Source: a virus
Reading direction: 5' to 3' (one strand)
Length of the DNA: 64,000 bases
Virus record (IMG/VR): IMGVR_UViG_3300042945_001831
Span: 1-64,000 of that record
Part shown: positions 1 through 7,752 of the stretch, piece after piece
How the letters are laid out: the number at the start of each line of letters is the position of its first letter
Position numbering within the stretch: the first letter of the stretch is position 1
Notes under the pieces: model-generated
Databases searched by the model: none
What the model was told of the DNA's origin: nothing
The model's input: the letters and a program-made list of their open reading frames with translations, nothing else
Program-made: the position numbers and the translations under genes

Positions 1-14
1 TTCAACAAAACAAA

Positions 15-146
15 ATGCACGAATCTACTCTTGATCTTTTTTGTCAGCACGATGAAGTCATTGCTGATGAGTATGCAATGGAACTTGAACAAAAAGCAGC
101 AGAATTGCAAATCACTGTTGATTATTATATGGCAGAGTTTATGTGA
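15..146 (+). CDS. small acidic hypothetical protein (43 aa)
   Basis: ATG at 15, TGA at 144-146, MHESTLDLFCQHDEVIADEYAMELEQKAAELQITVDYYMAEFM; ends just before a repeat element; not in the supplied ORF track. Confidence 0.65.
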   Translation: MHESTLDLFCQHDEVIADEYAMELEQKAAELQITVDYYMAEFM

Positions 147-150
147 CCTC

Positions 151-170
151 TGTGCCACTTGTGGAACTGG
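151..170. repeat. early palindromic element, truncated copy
   Basis: TGTGCCAC-TTGTGGAA-CTGG, then diverges; the right half-site is broken where the endonuclease cassette begins. Confidence 0.7.
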
Positions 171-215
171 TGAAACTTACCATAATTATAAATAATATTA
201 TGATATGTTTCACCA
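168..215 (+). promoter_or_regulatory. T4-type late promoter TATAAATA (187-194) in the loop of a 19-bp inverted repeat
   Basis: arms 168-186 and 197-215 match at 17/19 positions; ATG of the endonuclease at 219. Confidence 0.75.
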
Positions 216-218
216 CTT

Positions 219-752
219 ATGTATTATACTTACGCATATTTAAGAGAAGATAAAACTCCATATTATATTGGTAGAGGAAAACATTACAAGGGATACAAAT
301 ACCATAGAATGTCTCAAAAGCATACTTGTGGTATTCCTCCACAGGAAAGAAGAATAGTATTAAAAGATAATCTAACAAAAGAACAAGCAATAAAACACGA
401 AGAATACATGATTGACTTATTTGGATTAGTTTGGGATGAAACTGGAATATTGAGAAATCAGGTTAGGGATAGTTGTGGAGGAAGTCATAAAGGCAGAAAA
501 CTTTCGGAAGAAACAAAACAAAAAATGTCTCTTGCTATGAAAAAAAGATGGGAAAGTGGAGTTTATGATACTGAAGAGTATAAAAATAAAATAGCAGAAA
601 GTAATAGAAAAAATCCAAGAGTTAAACAACATAGAGAAGAAACAAAAGAAAAGCAGAGAAAAGCAAGCACTGGAAGACCACAAAGTGAAGAAACTAAAAG
701 AAAAAGGTCTGAAAGTATAAAAAAATGGTGGAAACAGAAAAAATCAGTATAA
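219..752 (+). CDS. free-standing GIY-YIG-type homing endonuclease with NUMOD3 repeats
   Basis: N-terminal YTYAY...YYIGRG (GIY-YIG variant); C-terminal repeats KGRKLSEETKQKMS, HREETKEKQRKA, QSEETKRKRSES. Confidence 0.8.
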   Translation: MYYTYAYLREDKTPYYIGRGKHYKGYKYHRMSQKHTCGIPPQERRIVLKDNLTKEQAIKHEEYMIDLFGLVWDETGILRNQVRDSCGGSHKGRKLSEETKQKMSLAMKKRWESGVYDTEEYKNKIAESNRKNPRVKQHREETKEKQRKASTGRPQSEETKRKRSESIKKWWKQKKSV

Positions 753-763
753 AATTTCTCCGT

Positions 764-822
764 TGGGACACATATTGAACTGTCCCTATAATTGACCGAG
801 CACTGGGTTTCTGTGCTACAAT
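764..822 (+). promoter_or_regulatory. early palindromic element plus -10 box
   Basis: TGGGACAC-N8-CTGTCCCT (764-787), 29 bp, then TG-C-TACAAT (817-822). Confidence 0.75.
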
Positions 823-845
823 ACTTGTATTGATGAATTGATTTT

Positions 846-2081
846 ATGCAACTTTATCCCTATCAGCAGAGAACTCTTGATGCGATTAAGTCTCAAATTA
901 AAGGCACTTGCTATCTTCCTACTGGTGCGGGTAAAACTGTTGTAATGATGGAAGATGCAAAAACCCGCATTGAAAATTCAAAAAAAGCAATGACATTTGT
1001 TGTTGTTGCTCCAAGAATCCTTCTTGCTCAGCAACTTGCAATTGAGTTTGAAGAATATCTTAATGAGTTTCAAATTTCTATCTTTCATTGTCATAGTTCT
1101 AAACAAACACATCATCAATCCTCTACACGTCCAGAAGACATTGCAGAATACAATGACACTGCAATCGGAAGTGGTAAGCATCAATTTATCTTCACCACTT
1201 ACAATTCAATTCAACGTGTGAATGAATCAGACATTGAAATTGATGTTGTGTATTTTGATGAAGCGCACCATTGTGTGAAACCTGCTAACTTTGTTGGTAT
1301 TGCACACACTTCAGCAGTTGCAGATAATGCTTATTTCTTCACTGCAACTCCGAAGTTCAATAACAGCACTGAGTCAATGAATAATACTGATGTGTATGGT
1401 AGTAATATCATCAGTATTCCGGCACAAGAACTGATTGATGCTGGTAGTATCATTCCTCCCAAAGTTGTGCCTTATGAAGCACAAACGATTCGCACAAAAG
1501 AAAATGCTGCATTTGTAGATGCTGAAAACATTGTAGGTATTCTATCGGAGATTGATGAGAATACTATTCCTAAGGTTCTTGTTGCTGCTCCTAGCACCAA
1601 AGTAATCTGGGCAATGTTCACTGAAAGTGATTTGCTTCAACAACTCAATGAGATGGGTTATACGATTATGCACATCACTTCCAAGCACGGTGCTTATATT
1701 GACAAACAGAAAGTGTCTCGTGAAGTTTTCTTTGAGAAAATGAATGAGTTTGGTGCAGACCCAGACAAGAAGTTCATTGTGTTTCATTACTCTATTCTAT
1801 CTGAGGGTATGAATGTTCACGGTTTGACTCATTGCATTATGCTTCGCAATCTTCCTGTGATTGAAATGGCACAGACTGTTGGTCGTATTATTCGTATGCA
1901 CAAAGATGACAGACAAGCAATCGCAGATGGTAAGATGAAAGCAGGAGAGTTTGCTTTCTATAAGAAACCCTTTGGAACTATCACGATTCCTGTCAATAAT
2001 AACTATGGTGATAAGATTGCAAAGCAACTTCAAAATGTTGTGGATACTATCTTTGTGAAAGGTGAGGTTCTTTCCGCATAA
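846..2081 (+). CDS. superfamily 2 (DEAH, ResIII-like) helicase
   Basis: Q motif LYPYQ, motif I LPTGAGKT, motif II DEAH, motif III TAT, motif VI QTVGRIIR. Confidence 0.9.
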   Translation: MQLYPYQQRTLDAIKSQIKGTCYLPTGAGKTVVMMEDAKTRIENSKKAMTFVVVAPRILLAQQLAIEFEEYLNEFQISIFHCHSSKQTHHQSSTRPEDIAEYNDTAIGSGKHQFIFTTYNSIQRVNESDIEIDVVYFDEAHHCVKPANFVGIAHTSAVADNAYFFTATPKFNNSTESMNNTDVYGSNIISIPAQELIDAGSIIPPKVVPYEAQTIRTKENAAFVDAENIVGILSEIDENTIPKVLVAAPSTKVIWAMFTESDLLQQLNEMGYTIMHITSKHGAYIDKQKVSREVFFEKMNEFGADPDKKFIVFHYSILSEGMNVHGLTHCIMLRNLPVIEMAQTVGRIIRMHKDDRQAIADGKMKAGEFAFYKKPFGTITIPVNNNYGDKIAKQLQNVVDTIFVKGEVLSA

Positions 2082-2108
2082 ATTATGTTATGTGTGACAC
2101 ATAGAATT

Positions 2109-2273
2109 ATGCCTTTTACAAAAAAATTCAAAAATGCAGGAGATACAAAACATATCAGAGTTCCAATTGTTTATGCTGACTTAATTGAAGAACTTATGAT
2201 AGTATTTGACAATAAATTTGATGTTACTAAAGGAAAACACATTTTGAGAGTCTTTATAGATCGATTTTTGTGA
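2109..2273 (+). CDS. small basic protein, possibly ribbon-helix-helix-like DNA binding
   Basis: MPFTKKFKNAGDTKHIRVPIVYADLIEEL: alternating beta-strand pattern followed by an amphipathic helix; start chosen at ATG 2109. Confidence 0.5.
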   Translation: MPFTKKFKNAGDTKHIRVPIVYADLIEELMIVFDNKFDVTKGKHILRVFIDRFL

Positions 2274-2287
2274 GACCAATGATGCCG

Positions 2288-2346
2288 TGTGCCACTTGTA
2301 GCACTGGCACATATAATCGCCAAACAGACCCCAGATGCCCTACAAT
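2288..2346 (+). promoter_or_regulatory. early palindromic element plus -10 box
   Basis: TGTGCCAC-N8-CTGGCACA (2288-2311), 29 bp, TACAAT (2341-2346). Confidence 0.8.
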
Positions 2347-2367
2347 GAACGGAGTTCACTGAGATAA

Positions 2368-2784
2368 ATGTCTTACACTCAATTCGTTGCCACTGCTTCC
2401 CTCACTGTTTATGAAGGATTCAATCTTCAATCCTATCTGGATGCTATCTCCGAACGTAGCGTAAAGGAAGACAACTTTCTGATGGAACATTATGGTGAAG
2501 TGAATGGAAAGATTGACATTGACTTTGAGGATTATGTGCGTCAATCTGATGGAAACATTCTGATTGAATGTGACACTGAAGAAAACAATAATAACAGTGA
2601 AGTTTGGGACTGGTTGATTGACCAATTCATTCCAGTGATGAATTCTCAGTTTGTACAGATTAAATCTGCAACGATTGATAGTCGGAGTGGAGTTGACATT
2701 GGATTCTCACTCTATGATAAGATGGGCAAGGTTGTTGATCTTACTGAAATCATGGAAGTCTATCAGAAGACTGTGACGCCCTGA
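2368..2784 (+). CDS. hypothetical early protein (acidic)
   Basis: 138-aa ORF starting 22 nt after the -10 box. Confidence 0.8.
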   Translation: MSYTQFVATASLTVYEGFNLQSYLDAISERSVKEDNFLMEHYGEVNGKIDIDFEDYVRQSDGNILIECDTEENNNNSEVWDWLIDQFIPVMNSQFVQIKSATIDSRSGVDIGFSLYDKMGKVVDLTEIMEVYQKTVTP

Positions 2785-2829
2785 GAACTGGCACACTAAA
2801 AGAGCACAGACCCCTGAATGTGGTATTAT
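2772..2829 (+). promoter_or_regulatory. early palindromic element plus -10 box
   Basis: TGTGACGC-N8-CTGGCACA (2772-2795), 28 bp, TG-G-TATTAT (2824-2829). Confidence 0.75.
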
Positions 2830-2852
2830 AGTCTTATGGTTGAGGAAGTCCG

Positions 2853-3017
2853 ATGACTTATGTTCCAATTCTTTCCTGGATTCCTTATTTGCAAGTGCCT
2901 GAAAACCGATTGAATCTTGCGTTTAATTGGTATCGAAGGCAGAAAGATCATCCATTGAACTTTCCTTGCTATTCTTACTGGATTCAACAATGTGAAAATG
3001 ATGGGAGTGATTACTGA
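2853..3017 (+). CDS. small hypothetical protein (54 aa)
   Basis: GAGGA RBS, ATG 2853, TGA 3015-3017 overlapping the next ATG; MTYVPILSWIPYLQVPENRLNLAFNWYRRQKDHPLNFPCYSYWIQQCENDGSDY. Confidence 0.65.
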   Translation: MTYVPILSWIPYLQVPENRLNLAFNWYRRQKDHPLNFPCYSYWIQQCENDGSDY

Positions 3018-3202
3018 TGCAAACCTTGCTTGATAATGTTCTGATGATTGAAGAAGTTTTGTCTGAGAAGCAACTGCTTGCTCTGCGTGATATTCTTTAT
3101 CATTACAAAGAGTTTCAGTTGGAACTGTATGAGTATCCCCCAGAGGATACTCTTTTTACTCAAGTGCAACTAGAACTGTTTGACATTTTTGACGTTCGAT
3201 GA
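3017..3202 (+). CDS. hypothetical protein
   Basis: translationally coupled (TGATG / ATGA overlaps). Confidence 0.7.
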   Translation: MQTLLDNVLMIEEVLSEKQLLALRDILYHYKEFQLELYEYPPEDTLFTQVQLELFDIFDVR

Positions 3203-3405
3203 CTTCTATTTCTTTTACATCTGGTGAATTGCTTGACATTATCTCTGCTCTTGAGATTAAATTGTCTCAAGCAGAAGATAAAGGTGACGCACATCTTGCA
3301 ATGTATTATTTCGAGATGCAGAATCAATTTCAACGTATCTTTGATAAATTGCAAGACTTTGTTTCCGAAAATCGTGTTGCTCATCTTGTTCTTGCAGTAA
3401 ACTAA
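3199..3405 (+). CDS. hypothetical protein
   Basis: ATGA overlap with the upstream ORF, TAATG with the downstream ORF. Confidence 0.7.
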   Translation: MTSISFTSGELLDIISALEIKLSQAEDKGDAHLAMYYFEMQNQFQRIFDKLQDFVSENRVAHLVLAVN

Positions 3406-3587
3406 TGAAACCAAAGTTCCGTGCCGTATTGGAAATGGCAATCGAATCAGGTGTAAGGTATGGATACACCCGTGCATTTAAGTACAATCCAGAACCAGAC
3501 ACTAATTCGATTACTGATACTATTGTAACTGAAATCTTTAATTCACTTGACACTTGGTTTGATGACATCAATGACAATGAATCCTGA
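3405..3587 (+). CDS. hypothetical protein
   Basis: coupled ORF, MKPKFRAVLEMAIESGVRYGY. Confidence 0.7.
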   Translation: MKPKFRAVLEMAIESGVRYGYTRAFKYNPEPDTNSITDTIVTEIFNSLDTWFDDINDNES

Positions 3588-3972
3588 AATTAAACAGAAA
3601 TGGGTTGATGCACTGCTTTCTGGTAAATACGACCAGGGCAGTGAGAAACTTCGCAGTGAGCAAGGTTATTGTTGCCTTGGTGTTCTTTGTGATTTGTATG
3701 CACAAGAACAGAATCAAGAATGGGAGTTTCGAGGTGCTTTTGAGGAAGAGAATACTCAACCCACTGACTATTGGTATTTCGACGGTGAGGGTGAGTTTCT
3801 GCCTGAATCTGTGAGAGAATGGGCAGGACTTTCTCTTGCTAATCCTCAAGTTCGAATTGAGGTCACTGAAGAATATGAGGATGATTGGGTCTACAATGAT
3901 GAGATTGCCAATCTGAATGATACAGGTTATACTTTTGAAGAACTTTCTAAACTAATCAAAGAACAATTTTAA
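3577..3972 (+). CDS. hypothetical phage protein (KWVDALLSGKYDQG...YCCLGVLCD)
   Basis: probable start ATG 3577 (MNPEIKQKWV); CCLGVLC motif; ends LNDTGYTFEELSKLI. Confidence 0.8.
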   Translation: MNPEIKQKWVDALLSGKYDQGSEKLRSEQGYCCLGVLCDLYAQEQNQEWEFRGAFEEENTQPTDYWYFDGEGEFLPESVREWAGLSLANPQVRIEVTEEYEDDWVYNDEIANLNDTGYTFEELSKLIKEQF

Positions 3973-4154
3973 TGGAAGAACAAGACACTCTAACTCAAGG
4001 ACGTATTCCTACTCATAAAAGTGTAAATGTCACACTTTTCTTTAATGATGGGATGGATGATGGTGAAGTAAGAGATTTCATTGATCGTATGACTGAGAAG
4101 TATCATCATCCTGATGATATTGTAAAAGATTATGAATACTGGTATGATGAGTGA
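3972..4154 (+). CDS. hypothetical protein (acidic)
   Basis: TAATG coupling; stop codon abuts the next repeat element. Confidence 0.7.
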   Translation: MEEQDTLTQGRIPTHKSVNVTLFFNDGMDDGEVRDFIDRMTEKYHHPDDIVKDYEYWYDE

Positions 4155-4168
4155 GTCTAGTGTAAGAC

Positions 4169-4228
4169 TGTGCCACTTGTTGTAGTGGCACAGTACACTC
4201 CCCAAACTCCTTCCGGGGGTGCTATGAT
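4169..4228 (+). promoter_or_regulatory. early palindromic element plus -10 box
   Basis: perfect TGTGCCAC-N8-GTGGCACA (4169-4192), 30 bp, TG-C-TATGAT (4223-4228). Confidence 0.8.
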
Positions 4229-4251
4229 TACGGAGTAATCAAAAGAGATCA

Positions 4252-4698
4252 ATGATTTCCCTTCCAAACTTGAAAGAAACTGTAGATTACTCTAATCTCA
4301 CCAGTGAGAACTATAAGCAAGTTCTCGATGAAATGGTAGTAGATCAGATTCAAGATTTCATTGATGAAAACTTCTACATTGATGATATTCTTGAGTTCAT
4401 TCAAGAACACGGTGTTGAGTCTTTCTCTGCTCATTATGATGAGTATGTCGATGCAGGTGAAACTTACTCTTACAATGCAGTAGATACTTTCATTGAAGAG
4501 TTTGGTGTTGATGCACTTAGTGGATTTATGGATGCTTATCGTGGACAATGGGAATCGAAAGCAGATTATGCAGAAAACTATGTGACTGATTGTTATTCTG
4601 TTGATTTCCCTGCTTTTATTGAGATTGACTGGGAAAATACCTTTGACAATCTTGATTGTGTTTATGTCAATGGTTTTGTTTTCGATAATAACTTCTGA
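4252..4698 (+). CDS. ArdA-like antirestriction (DNA mimic) protein
   Basis: very acidic; C-terminal DAYRGQWESKADYAENYVTDCY...PAFIEIDWENTFDNL...NGFVF resembles the ArdA C-terminal domain pattern. Confidence 0.6.
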   Translation: MISLPNLKETVDYSNLTSENYKQVLDEMVVDQIQDFIDENFYIDDILEFIQEHGVESFSAHYDEYVDAGETYSYNAVDTFIEEFGVDALSGFMDAYRGQWESKADYAENYVTDCYSVDFPAFIEIDWENTFDNLDCVYVNGFVFDNNF

Positions 4699-4946
4699 TG
4701 AAACTTCAATCTAAAGACGGCAATATGGTGGTAGATTTCTATCCCATTAAAACACCATTTGGTGATGTATCTCAAGAGTGGTTCTTGAAAACTCTTACTT
4801 TTATGGGTAAGAGTCAATCCAAGAAGTTTCTCAATCGAATTGAGATGAATCTTGAGATTCAAGAATATCTCAATCACACAATTCCTTATGAGATTGTAGA
4901 CTTTAACACTACTCCTCAACTTGCCAATCCATTTGCTACTGTATGA
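4698..4946 (+). CDS. hypothetical protein
   Basis: TGATG coupling; 82 aa. Confidence 0.75.
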   Translation: MKLQSKDGNMVVDFYPIKTPFGDVSQEWFLKTLTFMGKSQSKKFLNRIEMNLEIQEYLNHTIPYEIVDFNTTPQLANPFATV

Positions 4947-5155
4947 CAATGCTACTCAAACTGACTGATATTGAATTTGATTTTGAGGATTCTTCTGGAG
5001 AACTTCCTTATGATGAACAAGTTGCAGTTGTTCAATCAGTTCTTGATGATGTTTGGGAAGTTTATGATGAAGATGAACTTGCTGATGTCATTTCTGATGA
5101 CACTGGTTGGTGTGTAAAATCCCTTGATTATGTTGAAATCTCCGAATCTGCCTGA
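4943..5155 (+). CDS. hypothetical highly acidic protein
   Basis: ATGA overlap; D/E-rich 70 aa. Confidence 0.75.
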   Translation: MTMLLKLTDIEFDFEDSSGELPYDEQVAVVQSVLDDVWEVYDEDELADVISDDTGWCVKSLDYVEISESA

Positions 5156-5190
5156 TTCTTACATCTGTCCCACATAGTCCAAGGTTGAGA

Positions 5191-5248
5191 TGTGCCACTT
5201 GTTCTGGTGGCACACTAAAAGAGCACAGACCCCAAAAGGTGCTATATT
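5191..5248 (+). promoter_or_regulatory. early palindromic element plus -10 box
   Basis: perfect TGTGCCAC-N8-GTGGCACA (5191-5214), 28 bp, TG-C-TATATT (5243-5248). Confidence 0.8.
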
Positions 5249-5250
5249 AA

Positions 5251-5337
5251 AGGGGTGGTGAGGGAGGCAATAAGACCACCTCGATAACGTCAACTGACAT
5301 CTTGGCAAGTATGCTGTTATCAAACCTCATCACTTCT
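5251..5337 (+). ncRNA. candidate structured RNA / 5' leader (multibranch)
   Basis: P1 5251-5263/5325-5337 (13 bp including G-U), P2 GAGG/CCTC, P3 GATAAC/GTTATC; begins at the predicted transcription start. Confidence 0.45.
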
Positions 5338-5370
5338 CACAAACGTCCAACTTACTTTATTATTCTTAAA

Positions 5371-5523
5371 ATGACTGTTGATTTCTCTCGTGATGTGATG
5401 CTCGGTATGCTCCGCAAGGGTCAGACTGGAAATGATATTCTGGATATTCTGAATGTGATTGTTCCTGATGAGAGCAACACCGAAGTTCAGAATGAGGAAG
5501 TGACCGAACAAGTTGCTGCCTGA
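5371..5523 (+). CDS. small hypothetical protein (50 aa)
   Basis: ATG 5371, MTVDFSRDVMLGMLRKGQTGNDILDILNVIV. Confidence 0.65.
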   Translation: MTVDFSRDVMLGMLRKGQTGNDILDILNVIVPDESNTEVQNEEVTEQVAA

Positions 5524-5556
5524 GTTTAATTCTAGTTCATTTACTCTTTAATTCCA

Positions 5557-5745
5557 ATGTTTCTTTCCTGCCCTGTTTCTTTTGATCTGATTGATGCCGA
5601 ATGGTATGATGATCTTGATAATGCAAGAGAAGATGCACTTGATTGGAGTGTTGAATTGTCTGGTGAGAATGTGATTGTTTATCAGGCACTTGAGAGTGAA
5701 GATGGTGCTTATGAGTTCAACAAACTCTATGCTATCTCTGCCTGA
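5557..5745 (+). CDS. hypothetical acidic protein
   Basis: 62-aa ORF; stop codon abuts the next element. Confidence 0.7.
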   Translation: MFLSCPVSFDLIDAEWYDDLDNAREDALDWSVELSGENVIVYQALESEDGAYEFNKLYAISA

Positions 5746-5758
5746 GTCCAGTGTTGAG

Positions 5759-5817
5759 AGGGACGGTTTCTGAACTGTCCCTAAAGTCCCCCACTGGGGC
5801 ACTGGATGCCCTATAAT
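5759..5817 (+). promoter_or_regulatory. early palindromic element plus -10 box
   Basis: AGGGACGG-N8-CTGTCCCT (5759-5782), 29 bp, TATAAT (5812-5817). Confidence 0.75.
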
Positions 5818-5845
5818 ACAGGAACACAAGCAAACGAGACCTGTG

Positions 5846-6520
5846 ATGGATCGCCAACAAGTTATCGCAAAGATTCAATCCATTCTGAAACTTCAGAATG
5901 GAACTTCTTTTGAGGGTGAGGCAGATGCTGCTGCAAAGATGATTGATAAACTTTGCAAGCAGTATGGTGTTACGATCACTGAGGCAACTGAAACTCAAGT
6001 TATGGATGAGGAGTTTCTTTCTTTCAAACGAGTGAATGTTGCTCTGACGACTCTTCTCAATGCGATTGCAACATTCTATGATGCAAAAGCATATATGAAG
6101 AATGGTGATTCCAAGTCTCTGCAAATCATCGGTAGTGAAGCACAACAAATCCAAGTGCGACTCTATTATGATTACCTTGTTCAGGTGATGGAGAAAGAGG
6201 CAGAAGTTGCACATAAAGCAGAAAAGATTATGTGCGACATCAAAGGAACTGTCATCTCTCGTAGTTTCAAACTTAATTTCCGCAAGGCATTTGCAGATAA
6301 AGTTGCGGAACGTCTGAAGGAAATGAAACTCGCAGAGAACCGAGTTCACGATGATGCCGATGCAGTGAAGAATAAACTCTCCACGATGCGATTCGGACGT
6401 TCCAAGAAGATGAATGGTGCTAGTGGTGCTGGTGCTTATTCTGGTGCAAACGTAGGTGCTGGTGTTTCTTTGAATCGTCAAGCATCTGGTTCTGTTACCA
6501 AGCAACTCTGTGGTGTGTGA
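5846..6520 (+). CDS. DUF2786-domain protein
   Basis: N-terminal RQQVIAKIQSILKLQNGTSFEGEADAAAKMIDKLCKQYGVT matches the DUF2786 pattern; C-terminal FRKAFADKVAERL and GAGVSLNRQ. Confidence 0.75.
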   Translation: MDRQQVIAKIQSILKLQNGTSFEGEADAAAKMIDKLCKQYGVTITEATETQVMDEEFLSFKRVNVALTTLLNAIATFYDAKAYMKNGDSKSLQIIGSEAQQIQVRLYYDYLVQVMEKEAEVAHKAEKIMCDIKGTVISRSFKLNFRKAFADKVAERLKEMKLAENRVHDDADAVKNKLSTMRFGRSKKMNGASGAGAYSGANVGAGVSLNRQASGSVTKQLCGV

Positions 6521-6569
6521 GTTAAACACTCCTTCTTTCTTTTTTTCCTTTCTTTATTTCTCCAACACA

Positions 6570-6899
6570 ATGAAAATGTACCTGACTGTTCCTGAAATGA
6601 AAGTGATGTGGATTGTTGGTGCTGCCGAACGTCTTGCGACATTGGGTATGCTTTCTTCCGACATTCCAATGAAACTTTCTGCTTATGCAGTCGATTATTT
6701 TATTGAGATTGATAATCACCGCAATATTCTGTTTCCAGATGATTTTGAGATTGAACAAATCTTCAGAATCATTGCAAAAACAGAGAATGAATGTGAAGTA
6801 TCTGATGATGACATGAATCAAATCATCAAATTGATTCTTGAGTATAAGAACAATCGCACTGAGATTGTGAAGTATGCACTGTCGCATCAGACTATCTAA
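6570..6899 (+). CDS. hypothetical protein
   Basis: ATG 6570 after a pyrimidine tract; 109 aa. Confidence 0.7.
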   Translation: MKMYLTVPEMKVMWIVGAAERLATLGMLSSDIPMKLSAYAVDYFIEIDNHRNILFPDDFEIEQIFRIIAKTENECEVSDDDMNQIIKLILEYKNNRTEIVKYALSHQTI

Positions 6900-6913
6900 G
6901 TCCAATGATACGG

Positions 6914-6973
6914 TGTGCCACTTGTAGTGGTGGCACACTACACTCCCCAACGGGGCACTGGATGCCCTATAAT
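6914..6973 (+). promoter_or_regulatory. early palindromic element plus -10 box
   Basis: perfect TGTGCCAC-N8-GTGGCACA (6914-6937), 30 bp, TATAAT (6968-6973). Confidence 0.8.
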
Positions 6974-6996
6974 ACAGAGACACAAAGGAACTCCAA

Positions 6997-7251
6997 ATGT
7001 TTGATCTTCTTCAATTTCAACCGCATCTGAATGGTATTCCTGGTGCGATTGGTGCAAGGTATAAGTTTGAGAATGGTTGGGAGATTTCCGTAGTTGCTGG
7101 TCCACCGAATTGTGGATTGTATGGTAACATCAATGAGAATACCTATGAGGTTGGCATCTTCCGTCCCAATGGTAATCTTACTGAGGACGTTTCTGGATGG
7201 AATACTAAAGAAGAAGTATCTGCGATGATGTGGGTACTATCTCAACTCTAA
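6997..7251 (+). CDS. hypothetical phage protein (KFENGWEISVV...GLYG...TYEVGI)
   Basis: AAGGA RBS; 84 aa. Confidence 0.8.
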   Translation: MFDLLQFQPHLNGIPGAIGARYKFENGWEISVVAGPPNCGLYGNINENTYEVGIFRPNGNLTEDVSGWNTKEEVSAMMWVLSQL

Positions 7252-7265
7252 ATCACGAGAAACAA

Positions 7266-7436
7266 ATGACTCAAACCTGGAATCAATTTCTTACTGTTTC
7301 TGTTGAAAATGGTGAGAATGCAAATGTGATTGAATGGAATAGTTTAGAATCGTATCGGAACACTTCACCTGGAACTGCACTCAAACGTCATAAAGAACTC
7401 TTTCCTAGTTCCAAGGTAAAAGTTATATCATTCTGA
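7266..7436 (+). CDS. small hypothetical protein
   Basis: ATG 7266, MTQTWNQFLTVSVENG. Confidence 0.6.
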   Translation: MTQTWNQFLTVSVENGENANVIEWNSLESYRNTSPGTALKRHKELFPSSKVKVISF

Positions 7437-7485
7437 GTTTCTATACCCATCAGGGATGCTGATAGGTAGAAGAACCGTAGACCCC

Positions 7486-7514
7486 TTGACAAACCCCCAG
7501 ATCCGTGCTATGAT
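7486..7514 (+). promoter_or_regulatory. sigma70-type promoter
   Basis: TTGACA-17-TATGAT with extended TG; preceded by a hairpin at about 7445-7470. Confidence 0.8.
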
Positions 7515-7536
7515 GAACGAAGTTCAGAGTCAAGCA

Positions 7537-7710
7537 ATGACCACCGAGCAACGAATGGAGAGGCAATTCTTTATTCACTTCATTGAACTCATCAATGAAG
7601 TTCAGGGCAAATCTAAACTTCCTTCACAAGTTTATTCTCGCAGAACTTCCACCTGGATTAAACAAACACAGAATCCGAAGCAAAAAACTGACGCACTGTC
7701 ACGAGTTTAA
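7537..7710 (+). CDS. small hypothetical protein
   Basis: ATG 7537, 23 nt after the -10 box; MTTEQRMERQFFIHFIELINEVQG. Confidence 0.65.
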   Translation: MTTEQRMERQFFIHFIELINEVQGKSKLPSQVYSRRTSTWIKQTQNPKQKTDALSRV

Positions 7711-7752
7711 TTCTCTCGGTGCCTGATTTTTATCAATTCATTAACTGATCTA

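Noticed and set aside
5732-6529. 265-aa minus-strand ORF
   Set aside because: It is an antisense shadow of the DUF2786 gene with no RBS, promoter or motif; explained by codon bias.
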